Source of the DNA: Hormiphora californensis
Taxonomy: Eukaryota > Animalia > Ctenophora
Direction: 5' to 3'
Length of the DNA: 64,000 bases
NCBI GenBank assembly: GCA_020137815.1
Contig: CM035362.1
Span: 2,914,001 to 2,978,000, forward strand
Shown here: positions 22,908 to 36,005 of the stretch, piece by piece
Position numbering within the stretch: the stretch's first letter is position 1
How the letters are laid out: every line of letters begins with the position of its first letter
Program-made: the position numbers and the translations under genes
Notes under the pieces: generated by a model
The model's database searches: none
What the model saw: the letters and a program-made list of their open reading frames with translations, nothing else
What the model was told of the DNA's origin: nothing

Positions 22908-25133
22908 TCATGATGATAAAAGCCTGGCGTACTCGGAGAGATTCTGAGATTTTTGAAGGGAATCCCATGCCCTGAGGGGGAGGACGACGAGTTAGGGTAC
23001 ACGAATACAATATATTAATAGCTCATAATATATTGCCGGGTTCGATACCAAGACCGATAATTACAGAGTCTTAATTTGTCCATTATAATGTACATTCATA
23101 AAATATAATTAAATAATTAAAAGTTAATTAATTTATTAATTAACCATTACCTGGCAGACATGTGGAACCATCCCCGCTCAGAAAGAGGGTGCGATGAGAG
23201 GGCACGGCGGGGTAGAGAGAACACTCTGTTACGGAGTTGTTCGAAACAAAACTGGAAACTAGAGTGGCCCTGGTACTGGAGGTACAGCGGTGGTGGCGGA
23301 GTCGCACCTGTAGGGGTGATGGATATTAGGGGGGGGTGATGGATATCAGGGGAGGAGTTGCACCTGTAGGGGGGGGGGTGATGGATTAAGGTCTAGGTCC
23401 AACCCTAACTGGAGTCCCAGACCCTCACTTGATAATGGATATCAAAATAAAGAAGATCATGATCTAAACCACCGTTTTGTTGGTGTCTAAACACTATTCC
23501 CAACCCATGGTAACAACACGTACCTCTTACAGGGAGTTTGTGTAACCACTGGTTACCATGGTAACTACACTGAGTCACGTACCTCTAACAGGGAGTTTGT
23601 TGTCGGGCAACCAATACGCCATCACTGCATCCTTACTACCCTCACTGTGCTTTAACAGTGTCTTCAGGGTCCGCTTGTGGGCCTCACATTGCATGAAATC
23701 GCTTCTATCACTGGAGAAAGTAGTCACTTGAACCGTGTGATGATATTGTTTTGACAAATTGATTGATATGGACGTGCCTAAAACTTATTTTCTCTCTTTC
23801 TCACTATATATGTCTATCTTTATCTAACCTGAAGTTGTACACAAATACCATGTGTGGTACCCGCTCCTCTCGGATATTGTTGTTTTCTGTACTTTGTGCA
23901 CTCAGTATTTCGGCAGTTTTAATCAGGTTGGGGATGGTCGGATCCACGGACCAATCACTGATAACGATTATAACGTGGCAGACTTGCCTGAGAAACATCA
24001 GCATCTGCAAAGGGTTTATTGTGTGTTAGGACATAGTAAAATAGACGTACTACATCTGGATCCTGGACCTAAATCAACCCACTACTATAATTTCCCAATA
24101 TTCAACCGACTACAAATTGCAAATATTACCCCACTCATAATTCAAATATCAGCCTCCTACTATTTTCCAAGTAGCACCCCACCCACCCTGGCCCCACCGC
24201 CATCTCCCAATATCACCCCTCAAATATTCACAAACTACTGTACCTGGAGTGATTGTATCTCTATCTGGGTATCTGGATCATCACTGAGGGTACTGTACAT
24301 TAGATTGTCCAGGAGAGAGGGGACATCAGAGGCTGGGTATCCAGGAAGATGAACCTACAAAATCATAAGTTTGAACAATAAAATTTGAGTGAGAAACTGT
24401 TTGAGAAATCAAATTTGAGTGAGAAACTGTTTGAGAAATCAAATTTGAGTGAGAAACTGTGTTTGTCCCATCTTATTCAGGATCCATTTCCTGATTTACC
24501 TCTCAGTACTAACGGCCATGTAGACCCCAAAAGTCTGGTTGACCCCCGTTTCTCGAGCGTCCCTGCTCTGGGGCCAGAACATGTAACTTCTCCGAGCCCC
24601 AGTTGGCCGTGCCCCCGCTAACATACTGGCGATGGTGCTCTTTCCAACTCCCTGTCCACCCACCACTCCAACCACACAGAAATCTTTGTTGTCGGTGAGG
24701 AACTGAGAAGATGGGAGTTGTGGTAGAATTATAGTATAGGTACATTAATCATTGAAAAAAGTGCAAAGCCAGTGACCGTGTGACTTGTCTTTGAGTCAAA
24801 GATTTGATAAAATACCTCGACGCCTTTGTCCACCCACTGAAGCTGGTGATCCAAGATGGGAGTTGAGTGGGCCATCTCCGAGGCAACACTCAGCTTGTTC
24901 AACAACTGCTGCTGGATCGATGCTTTCTTGTGCACACGACCCCCTCCATGGTTTTTCGAAGAGTGAGAATCGTAGGACTGCTCCTGAACCAATTCAAGTT
25001 TCAAAGAAAAGTTAAAAACAAAAACAAGTTTTTATGTTTTCTGTTTTACCTTTGGTCGATCGCGATGTTCCTTTGTTAAAATTGTCGGCGGCTTATTGTT
25101 ATTTCGTTTTCCACCTCCGCTTTGTTCGACCAT
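22908..25133 (-). CDS. SMG9: Nonsense-mediated decay factor SMG9, multi-exon
   Basis: ATG at 25133 (MVEQSGGGKRNN). P-loop exon VVGVVGGQGVGKST, then FIFLDTQPL, IEIQSLQ and FLRQVCHVIIVISDW. C-terminus LSERGWFHMSARAWDSLQKSQNLSEYARLLSS*. Confidence 0.92.
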
Positions 25134-26213
25134 AGTCTAATGGTTTAGTTTAGTTTAGGTATGAAAGCAACAAAATATAATATTTATGGAATAAAATTTC
25201 CTCCGTACTGTCTGGCGCTGGCTGCTGCTGTCTCCAGGCCCGATTTTATGTAAATGTAATATAATCATTTATATATACCACTTTATAGTGTAAAATAATG
25301 GAGCACGCACCAACAGCCTACGCTTGACATACTCGCTCACTTTCAGCTTGAAATGGGGCCATGGCCCTGCCAGAGAATACCTGGATGGACCTACATGTTG
25401 TAGTCTGACGGAGAGAACAAGTGCAAGGCGTGATCACCCGTCACCGGGAGGCGGAGCACACGACCAAAGAAGAAAACCTTAAACTTTTAAAATCGTGCAA
25501 CAAAACAGTTCGAAACTTTTTTCTCGTTTGAGCTCAGAATAAATTTTGCGCTGTGCCGCGCCGCGCGCCGGGGTTTGCAGCGCTTACTGTTTGAAAAAAA
25601 AAATCACGTCTGGTCCTGAAATTTTAAATTTTAAATTTTTGGGGTTTTTTTCAAAATTTTCGACAGATTTGCCTGTCACCGCGTTGTCAGATCTCCCTAC
25701 TCCCTAGGGCACTGTGGGTTGTTTAGTTATTGTCATCATGTCTCACAATTCGTAAAACAAGACTCAATACTCGAATGCAAATCGAAATTCGCGTTGACTT
25801 TGTAAATTGGGTAGTGTCCAGCCGCCAACGGTCAGTGGGTGATCAGTGATCTACTGATCAGGTCACTTGACACCCGATTCTACGTGTACGTTCATCCACG
25901 GCGATTGTTTATCACACTACTTGTTTTGGAGCTATTCATTTTTTCTCCTGAGGCTTCCCGCTTGAAATAAAACAGCTCCCTAGAGTCCCTACAAACTTGA
26001 CCTACGGGTATTAACTATTACTGACAGAGATTTATGGTGAGCGTGTACGTAATAGCATGTAACATGTTAAATGACAATGTTTATGGTGCGTTTTTCCTAA
26101 AAGGGTGTCATGTCATCTGTGTGGCTCACGCCGAATTTTTTTTTTATAAAATCGATCACGCTCTGTGTATCTGTATTACCCATCGGATACAGTTTTGCCT
26201 AACACAGATAGTT

Positions 26214-27672
26214 ATGTCTAGACAGGCCATGTCTATCGTGAGGAAAGTCATCAACACAGCTAAGGCTCCAAGCGCCATTGGACCCTACAGCCAAGCGGTA
26301 CAGGTCAATGAAACCCTTTATGTGTCAGGTAAGTTTTTAAATAGTGTATTTCAGTAAAAAAACTCCCGGTGCTCAAACTTGAAACTACTTTTCTGAAATT
26401 TTCAAAAGAGTAGTTGAAGCACTGGGGGTTTATTATTTTGCAACCAATTGACTCATTGACAACGAGTGTGTGAGGTTGTGTGTGTGAATCTTTCACACCA
26501 CTTAGGAGACATTTATTTTGTTGTCACTCTGACTCAATACTATTTCCCAGGTCAGCTAGGTCTGGATGCCAAGTCAATGGATTTTGTTGATGGAGGTGTT
26601 CAGGCTCAAGCAAAGCGTGCCTTGGAAAACATGGGTTAGTTTTAAATCTGGTTATTAGTATTTCAAACCAGTTGCCTTCCTTGACCCTCTCGTGTGCGCC
26701 CCAGAGAGGCATTTTTAGGGTTAGAACAACCATTATTTTTCTCTTACTTGAATTTAATAAAACATGGCACGTTCTGATATATAGGCGGTTTGTTAACCTT
26801 TCATTAGTCCGTTTCTCCGTTTACACAAACATCTCCAGGACACATCCTTGAGGCCGCAGGGACAAGTTTTGATAAAGTTGTAAAGACCACTGTGCTGTTG
26901 AAAGACATCGAAGATTTCGCGAAAGTTAATGAGGTAAGCATCTCTTTTTTTTCTAGGTATCGCTTTTTAACTCTCTCTCCCTATCCCTCTCTCACTAGTC
27001 CCGGCCCTCCCTTCCCCAGCCTCCCTCCCTATCCTCTTCCCTGTCTAAATATAATATGTCACGTACATATATACGGTCTCGTTGTAACTGTCTACCTTTC
27101 CAGTCACCAAACACCTAAACCGCCTTATCTTATCTGTTATCGCCTTTCCTTAAATCTGATTTGGTTCTCACATAATGTGGACCAATTTTACATCTCTATC
27201 TTCCACATTTCCACATTTCCCTACCTGCACACAAGTTTCCACAAATCCAATGTTTATCTAACTCTGGTTGATAATCTGATTTAGTATTCACTGTCCAATG
27301 TGATGATTATGTATCACGGGGAAAAAGTTTTGTGGCTCACACCGCATTTTATTTTGCGCTCTGTGAGCAGTGAGGTTTCGGTAGGAAAAAAGAACTCTAG
27401 ATTTACAAACCTCTCTCTTTGTTTATCCCCACAATTTGTTAATCAGATGATAATCGGATGGTAATTATGTACAATACATTGTACATGTAGATGATATGTA
27501 ATGTAATTGAATGATGATCGGATGGTAACTCATCAATTATTTTCAGGTGTACGCAACGTTCTTTACAGCTCCCTACCCAGCTAGGGCTGCTTATCAGTGT
27601 GCTAACCTTCCTAAATATGGACTGGTGGAGATCGAGGCAATAGCTGTAGTTGGAGAGGTGGATAATCAGTAA
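26214..27672 (+). CDS. RIDA: RidA/YjgF/UK114 2-iminobutanoate/2-iminopropanoate deaminase, 4 coding exons
   Basis: Exons 26214-26328, 26551-26634, 26839-26933 and 27547-27672 encode [53 protein letters not shown] and VEIEAIA. Alternative start at 26229. Confidence 0.95.
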
Positions 27673-28034
27673 TTACCAGATTGGATATGATTTGGTAATC
27701 AGTAATTACCATATTTAATTGGATATCTAGAATTTAATTGGAGATTATCTAGGGATAAGATCTGGAATCTTATCTATATAATAATGTATAACCATGCTGA
27801 TATTATATATAGTGTGTACTGTGTTGAGAGATGTTTATGTATATTGTAAAAGTTATGATTTTTATGTTTTTTATTACGACCTCACATCTAAGTTATATCA
27901 CCAACCGAGAATCGTGTTTTATTGGATTGCTATACTTTGTCGGAGATTTACACTGGCCACTCTCTCTCTCTCTCCCTCCCTCCATATTTTAGCACTCTCT
28001 AACACTCCCTCCCTGTTATAGCAGTATCAGCAGG

Positions 28035-31000
28035 ATGTCTGAAAGCAGCCAATTTGACGGTATGAATGACACTATGAACGACAGTGTAGACGATGCGGAG
28101 TTGGAGGCCATCAAGGCCAGGATGAGAGAGATGGAGGAGGAGGCAGAGAAGTTGAAGGAACTCCAGGCAGAGACAGAGAAAACAATGGGCATGGCAACTA
28201 GTCCCAATAGTGCACCTGGTAGGTTATAGTTGTTTATGTGTTGCTACGGAATGAATATGAACTGAGCTCAATACCCCAAATAGTAATGATAGTTTGTTTT
28301 GTTCAAACCTTTTAGGGAGGGTCGAACAAAGCAAATGATAGTAATGTCATATTCATTACTTACTGGAGTACTACTTACTTCTGCTAATTCTTCGATGATC
28401 ACACTCCGACCGGTGTATCGCTTAGTTGCAACTCCCAGTAAATTGTAATACTTTTCAGCATTCCCCACACCGGAAGAGAAAGAAGAAGCTGATAAAAGGA
28501 GTGTGTACGTAGGAAATGTTGATTATAGTAGTACAGCTAAGGAACTGGAACAACACTTTAGAGGTTGTGGAACTATAAATAGGGTCACCATACTGTGTGA
28601 TAAATATACTGGAAACCCTAAAGGGTACGTACCTCTCCCCTCCAGTCCCCCCCCCCCCCTCAAACGTGTTAATGATGATTCACATGTGACATGACAATTC
28701 AGTCCCTTATTAGATCTGAAAACAAATACCCGCTACTAACACTTGTCTCACAAAAGACTGCCGTCTATCTGTCATGTAGCTAACACTTTTTTTTTCTAAA
28801 AGGGGGGTTAAAATGGGATTAGATAACAATATCAATATGAAAATACCGGTCTCCACTGTCTAACTGTAATAACACTGTCTAACATTCTAACGGGGGGGGG
28901 GGGGGGGGGGGGGCGCGTGAATTTAATATCCATGTCCTAAATAAACACGTCTGACTTTAATGTCCCTGGGATATTAAAGGACATTAAAGGACATTTAATT
29001 AAAACATGAATTTTCAGCTATTATTAAACTAAGATGGTGTTTTCAACCACTTAATATTTACTTCTAATGTCCCCTCTATCGATTCCAACCAATACCATAG
29101 ATGTTGGGGGTGATTAAGCCTCATTTTAGGGTGGCCCTGTACCTCTAAGCGAACCCCGGAAATTTTGAAGTTTTGGAGTAAATGTCAAGGTTTTAAAGTG
29201 AAAATAGCCCCGATTTTGATGAAACTCAGTCAGAATGGTCTTTGATGTCTAATTAGAAGTCAAACAAGAATATTTGCACTATGTATCCATAGTACTGTAT
29301 TTCCCCGCCATTGGCATGTGACCTAATGAGATTCTGAAAGGTGAGACAGAACAGTGCAGGTGATATGAGCTGCCTAATTAGGCTCCTTTTAATTCTAGTC
29401 TATGTGATCTCCACTCAACTAACCTCATGTAATCAATGACAATACCAGAGCGCAATTGTAATGACGAACACATGACGAACGATGAACGCTATGAATTGCA
29501 AACAGGAAGGGGCGCGCGGCGCCGGGCTGCGCGTTCTAATGAAAGTGCGTCATTTCAGCACTGTAATAACTTTGCGGGCGTCGCCTTCGTGGACAATTTG
29601 GATTAGAGCGTGTGTGAAGTATTTCAAATGATATTTTGAGCACTCCGCACTGGATGGTTGCTATGGATGGGTTACGTTACATGACAAAAAAGCGTGACAC
29701 TTCACTAGTATGTAATCTTGTCGAATTCTAAACCCCTATGCCTTTTTGCAAAAGGCATCCGGGTGAATGCCTTCGGCATTCACCCGGGCGGGGAAAAAAT
29801 TTTTGAGTGCTCAAATCCTTAATTTAGGTTTTTTTAGGTTTTTTAGGTTTTTTGGCTTTTATGGGTTTCAGGAACGTCCTAGAACAAAATAAATAGAATC
29901 CTCTTTCTCGGCGTGAAATTCTGCATCGATCATAGTGGCTATAAACCTTTCTATGACGTAGTTATCCCAAAAACCAAACGGGTATGCTTCATGTGGTAAG
30001 GTTTTTTAGGTTTTATTCGTTACACAGACATCGCAGATCAAAATGGTTTTCACTAAAATGATTTCCTCACCAATACACGTCGATTGAGTACCTATAACAT
30101 GGTGTTCTGACAAGAGGTTCGCCCGTTAGCCTAAAACATGTACCCGCCCCTATAACATGTACCCGTTTGGGGTAACTCTACGTCATAGAAAGGTTTACAG
30201 CCACTAAAATCGATACAGAATTTCACGCTGAGAAAGATGGTTCTATTCATGTTGTTCTAGGACGTTCCTGAAACCCATAAAAACCAAAAAAACCTAAAAA
30301 ACCTAAAAATCGTAAATTTAGGAGTTGAGCACTAAATTTTTTTTGACACCAAACACTATTCTGACCAAGTTTCATCAAAATCGGGGCTGTTCTCTCTCAC
30401 TCTAAAGCCTTCGGTGTCTTTTCTACTCGTTTCATAAGATGATTTTGAGATATCGACTAGGCTAGAAATATGCATGTATGTAAAAAAGGTACCGCACCCA
30501 CGCCCCACGCAAAAGCAAGCCTAATCACCAGTGAACATTTATGACATTCATTGGAATCGAAAGATGGGACCTTTAGTAGTACATTGGTGGTAAACATGTT
30601 TGGTAACACATTTTGGAATGGTTTTCGGAAGTTATAATTTAATGTCTTTTAATGTCTTATAATGTCCTTTAATGTCTTTTAATGTCCTAAATAATAACGG
30701 ACAATTTAATGTCCCAAAAATCGAGGGACATTAAAGGACATTTTAATACGCGGGCCCCCCCCCCCCCCATTCTAACACTGTTTGACACCTACATCCCTGT
30801 ACAGGTTCTCCTATATCGAGTTTGCTGATACCTCGTCTGTTGATGCCGCCATCGCTCTCCACGAATCTCTCTTTAAAGGCCGACAAATCAAGGTAAGACT
30901 CCTTTTTTTTTCTGATTTTCTAGTCGCCCCAAGAAGGAACAAATCGCTCCTACTAACAACTCAGGGACAGTTTGTAGGTTACAATGATTGAAGAGTAGTT

Positions 31001-32390
31001 GAGTTTGAGCCTCTCCAGATTGCCAGACCCTATGTTAACACTGGATCAAGATAGTTAACACTTAACACTGGATCAAGATAGTGAAAGGATTTCAATATTG
31101 TTCACTTCACGGAAGAGGCATATCAGTTTACTCTTATTTGAGCTGGCGCACTCGTCAGAAGACCGCGCAATAGTTTAAAGTAGTAGTTGGTAGCATTTAG
31201 CTTTTGACGCGCAGTCATTTACTGCAATTCGGAACAAGACGCTCAAAAGTTGGCGAGTTTTGATGTGCACAGAGTCAAGAATGAAGAGATTTATGGTACC
31301 TTCTCTCTCTCTCCCTTTTCACCAACTCCCACTTCCCCACCAGGTTTCAGCAAAACGGACGAACCAGCCTGGTATGGGATCGCGAGGGAGGGGGAGGGGT
31401 GGTCGTGGTATGAGTCGTGGTATGGGCTTCATGGGACCTGGCGGCATGATGTATGTGCCTGTACCGATGGGAGGATATGGCAGCAGTTACAGAGGCAACA
31501 GCAGAGGAAGGTATGTGACATGATTAGTGATAAATGGTTGGAATCCCCACAAATTTGTAGATCATTCGCGAGAGAGAATATATGGATTGTTTCATTGTGA
31601 AAATAGATTGAACAAACTAAATTCCATGCATATTATTCCCTGAAAGAATGTCGTGCTCAACTTTGCCTAGTTTGTACCATACCCAATTCCAATCATGTCA
31701 AAGTGAAGAAGGGTAGGTTACGAACTAGGCTACTCATTGGAAAGTGTGCCAATACAATTATAAACTGTAATTTCTCTACGGTGGAAAGTTTCACCGCTCA
31801 CACCTGTAATTTCTCTACGGTGGAAAGTTTCACCGCTCACACCTGTTCCACTACTTGCACGTGTAGTTTCTCTCCCAATTGCCGCTGGTTTCTGGAGGAG
31901 TCGGCTCCATCTAGAATTAAAACTGCTAATTTTAGAAATTTCTTAACACACATTTGACCCGCGACTACGTGATGATTCGTGGACTGGGAAAGAGAGAGAG
32001 AGAGAGACGTGGTCGAAGGTATGTTTCTCACCGTTGTTGATAAAAAAGAAAGAAAAGAAGACGACCCAGAAAAGAGAAAGTACCGGTTTAAAAAAACGTC
32101 CAGACACCGGTTAAAAAAAAGAAAAAAATAATCAAAAAAAAGTTAAAAAGTAATAAAAAAAGTTAAGAGGGTCTATACGTGTTTTACGTTTCACATATCC
32201 ATCTCACCCTCCCTAAGCCTCCCCCTTGTTTTGTTCAAACCCTCCGAAATGTCCGTCGATCTGCCCTACATTTCCTCGATCCCCCCCATGCCCCACCCTG
32301 TGCCTACTTCTCACTACATCTCTTTAATATCCTACTTCTCTCTCCAGGTCTTCATCGAGAGGTCGAGCCAACCACTACAGCCCTTACTAG
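28035..32390 (+). CDS. PABPN1: Nuclear poly(A)-binding protein (PABP2), 5 coding exons
   Basis: Coiled coil [23 protein letters not shown]; [12 protein letters not shown]...[20 protein letters not shown]...[15 protein letters not shown]; RG-rich tail ending [10 protein letters not shown] (TAG 32388-32390). Confidence 0.97.
28892..30768. mobile_element. 1.88-kb poly-G/poly-C-terminated element (PABPN1 intron 2)
   Basis: ATTCTAAC|G22-CGCGT...ACGCGGG-C14|ATTCTAAC; subterminal TTAATGTCC/GGACATTAA repeats; internal inverted repeats. Confidence 0.75.
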
Positions 32391-33974
32391 CTGCCGAGGA
32401 GACAGGAGAGAGGGAGAGAGAGAGACTGATATTGTATTGAGAGACTGTGTTTTGACGAGAGAAAGAAGAAGAGAGAGCAGTTATTTTTGCTGTTAATTTA
32501 ACCATCAGTTCACCAGCTTTTACAGCCCAAGTTAATCACCGATTTTATGTTTTCTAAGTCACTAGTGGGATTTAAAACTTACAGACTTAATGAAACTTCT
32601 TTCTTGATCGTCTGTTAGAATTCTATGGAATTCCAAATTTAAATAACGTATTCAGTGATATGAGCCCTTTTAAAAGTATGTAATTACATTTCAAAGGAGG
32701 CCTTAGATCTTGAGCTGCGAAAGTTATTAAAACTCAAATAATGATATTCAGCTAGTCATTGGTCAAGAAAATTATTCACATCCCACTAGTGACTCAGTAC
32801 GAAATGTGTTGTAACACTAACACCAACTAACCGAGTCTGGGCAGGTGAATAGAACATCGCTCCTACTAAAACTAAAAGGCTGCACCATGTTTTATTTCCA
32901 GTAACCTCGGTAACCCAATATTAGCCGCTCTTTTCCAGTAGAAAGTCTTAACTATTGAAAACCAGGTGTGTTGGAGTAAAGAAAGCTATTGTAGCTTGGA
33001 CAATAGAGCTCTAAAAGGTGCCGACAGAGTCATAGAGTAATTTAGAGCCCTTTGTTGTCAATACCTGGATTAGGATACCTGATACTGAGCTCCGAGCATG
33101 AGGGTACCCGGGTGCTTTGTTTGACTAAGTCTCGTGCAGTGTGTCACGTGAATCGTGTTTTTTGTATTTAAGTGCTGTTTTTAGCCCAACACGAGCCGCC
33201 AGAACCCAGTCCTAGAGTCCACAACGCAATGATAGGTGAACCACCCAACCACTTAACTTGGCTCGCCTATCATTATAGTAACGTGTGTGATTCTTTCCAC
33301 TATTCCGGATCTCTTGTGTTAGCTGAGGTGTGGTTGTTACAATGTTAGTGTCTGCCTGTGGTCTGGAAACACTAGTGGTTGTTGTTAGGTGTGGAATTTG
33401 ATGTTGTGTGGTTTTGTTTCGGTTCTTTGGGTTTGGTCTGGCAGCATGATCCATGTTGGGTAACCGTCTTTCATTAAAGGATATCATGATACGTGATACG
33501 TACTCGCTTAAACGTCCATGATTCGGATCTCTCGCTCGCTCTCTAGCTTGTTCTCTTTACCGCCTATGTTTGACTTAAACTTTAAGTTAGATACGTGACA
33601 TGAATCACTATTAGGAGAGGGTGATCCGGTCTCTACCGCTTTAATGTAGTTGGATACGTGATCCAGTGCAGCCTTTTAGTTTTATCGCAGCCTAGCCTTT
33701 TATTGCATTATTTTTTGCAGCCTTTTATTAGGAGCGTAGTTCTACTCACCTGGCCACCTGCCGAAGAAGCCGCTATTTTAACAGGTGGCCAAGAGACAAG
33801 GACTGATTATCTATATATTGTGCACTTTTCATGCGGAAAAATTCTAATCCTATCACATAGGAAAACGGCAGGCAGAGAGTGAAGCTTTTAAAAAACCTCT
33901 ATAGCCGATCAATCAGAAGCTAGATATCAGACTTGTCACTTTATTAAAAGTTCGCGGTTATTTTGGTACACATT

Positions 33975-35011
33975 ATGACTCGATTCCTTGTTTTCACCCT
34001 TCTCTTGGGTAAGTCGGACATGTTTTTAAATTAGCTGAGTGCATCCTTCCCCTGGGCCTGTTGCCCAGCTATACTATTTCAATTTGGGGTGCTATGCCCC
34101 TACCAATATATGTTGTTGAGTAAGGGGGAAGAACAAAATATATGTGCTAACCCCTGTCAGAGCATTGGCCTGACCCTATTCTCGTTTCTCTCAAATAACG
34201 AGAACTGTGGTCAGAGCATTGGCCTGACAGGCTAACCCTCTCCCCTCAATAGGTGATATTATCCCTCCCTCCCCCAATAGGTGCTAACCCCCCCTCAATA
34301 GGTGCTGTTGTTTCCCAGTTCGAAGAGAAGGCCAGTGTTCCGGTTGATGTTTCTCCCTCGGCTGCCTGTGAAAATGGCGAGCCCGAGATCATCAGACAAC
34401 CCGAGGTTAGTTTCCTTTCTATTGACCCCGTTTTGATTTTCAGAGCGCTCAGAGTCAGATCAGGCCAGACAGTCTAATTCTAAATCCCAACGTTTGTAAA
34501 GATTCAGAATGAACATCCTGTAATCAGTATGTAGTTCACTTTCAGGTGAAATTCGGGCTTTTTTATTTTCCATACTATGAATTTCCCCTTTTATTTCAGC
34601 CCATTTACATTGTGGAAAAACTAGGAAAGTCCCTGAAAATCGAGTGTGCTGCTTATGGCCTTCCCGCTCCTCTTGTCTACTGGGTCAAAGGAAAGATGGA
34701 TCTGACAGAGAACGAGAAAAGGATGCCCGGCACTGGAGTTGGTTCTAATTTCCTCTACTTTGATAGCATCGATGCTGAGGATATTGATTACTACACTTGT
34801 GTTGTTGAGGACTGCTGCCGGGGGACTGTCCAGACCTTTGAGACGGAGATCAGGTTGAGGATCAAGTCGGGGTGCACTCGGAGACAGTCTGAGGGGTACT
34901 ACAGAGTGATATGGCAATACACAAACTGGACTGATGCGTACGCTTATTGTACTGACAATAATATGGAGTTTGGTGAGTTGGTTCTAGAATCTAGATATAT
35001 ACTCTAGAAAG

Positions 35012-35101
<90 letters not shown>

Positions 35102-35971
35102 CTCTAATCCCAACCCTCCTTCACAGCTGTGCCCAGTTCGGAAGAAGAAAACTCAGCTCTGTACGCCGCTATCAGCACCGGATTTACTAGCGATCCAAAC
35201 GGGAAGAAGTTTGCACACCATAATATGGTGAGCGGAGAATCCAAATATTAGAGTCCTATATTCTATCTTTCTGACAGGCCAATTAAATACCCTGACCGCG
35301 ATTTGAAAGAAACGATAATAGGGTGCTGATCAGGCCATTGTTCATCGTTATTCAATCTTTTCTGCGTGTCCCTAAAACCTAATTATACAATTACAAGCAT
35401 AATCCATGTTTCTAAGTTAACCAGCTGTTACCATATTGCAGGTTTGGATGGGGTTAACGGACGGTTACCATGGTTCCTTGAATGAATTTAACAACATCAA
35501 CGATGACTCTGAGGCAGTCTACTACAATTGGATGGACAAACAACCTGACAACTGGGAGAGACACGACGTAACAGGTGGGAGAGACACGACATAACAGGTG
35601 GGAGAGACACGACATAACAGGTGGGAGAGACACGACATAACAGGTGGGAGAGACACGACATAACAGGTGGGAGAGACACGACATAACAGGTGATTTTCTT
35701 TTTCTTATCAACTTTTAACCCTCCTAATAGTGTCTTTCCCACTTTTACCCCCATATAATAATCTCCAAGAAACTTTCCCACTTTGACCCCCATAATCTCT
35801 AAGAAACTTTCCCACTTTGACCCATCTTATCTCTAAAAAACTTTCCCACTTTGACCCACCTATTCTCTAAGAAACATTCCCACTTTGACCCATCTTATCT
35901 CTAAGATAAATATTCTCTTCTTTTTCTGACCCTACTTTCTGTCAAGAACCGTGGTCAGAGCATTGGCCCAA

Positions 35972-36005
<34 letters not shown>

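Noticed and set aside
35553-35690. CRISPR-like 23-bp repeats
   Set aside because: Head-to-tail with no spacers; derived from an exon end.
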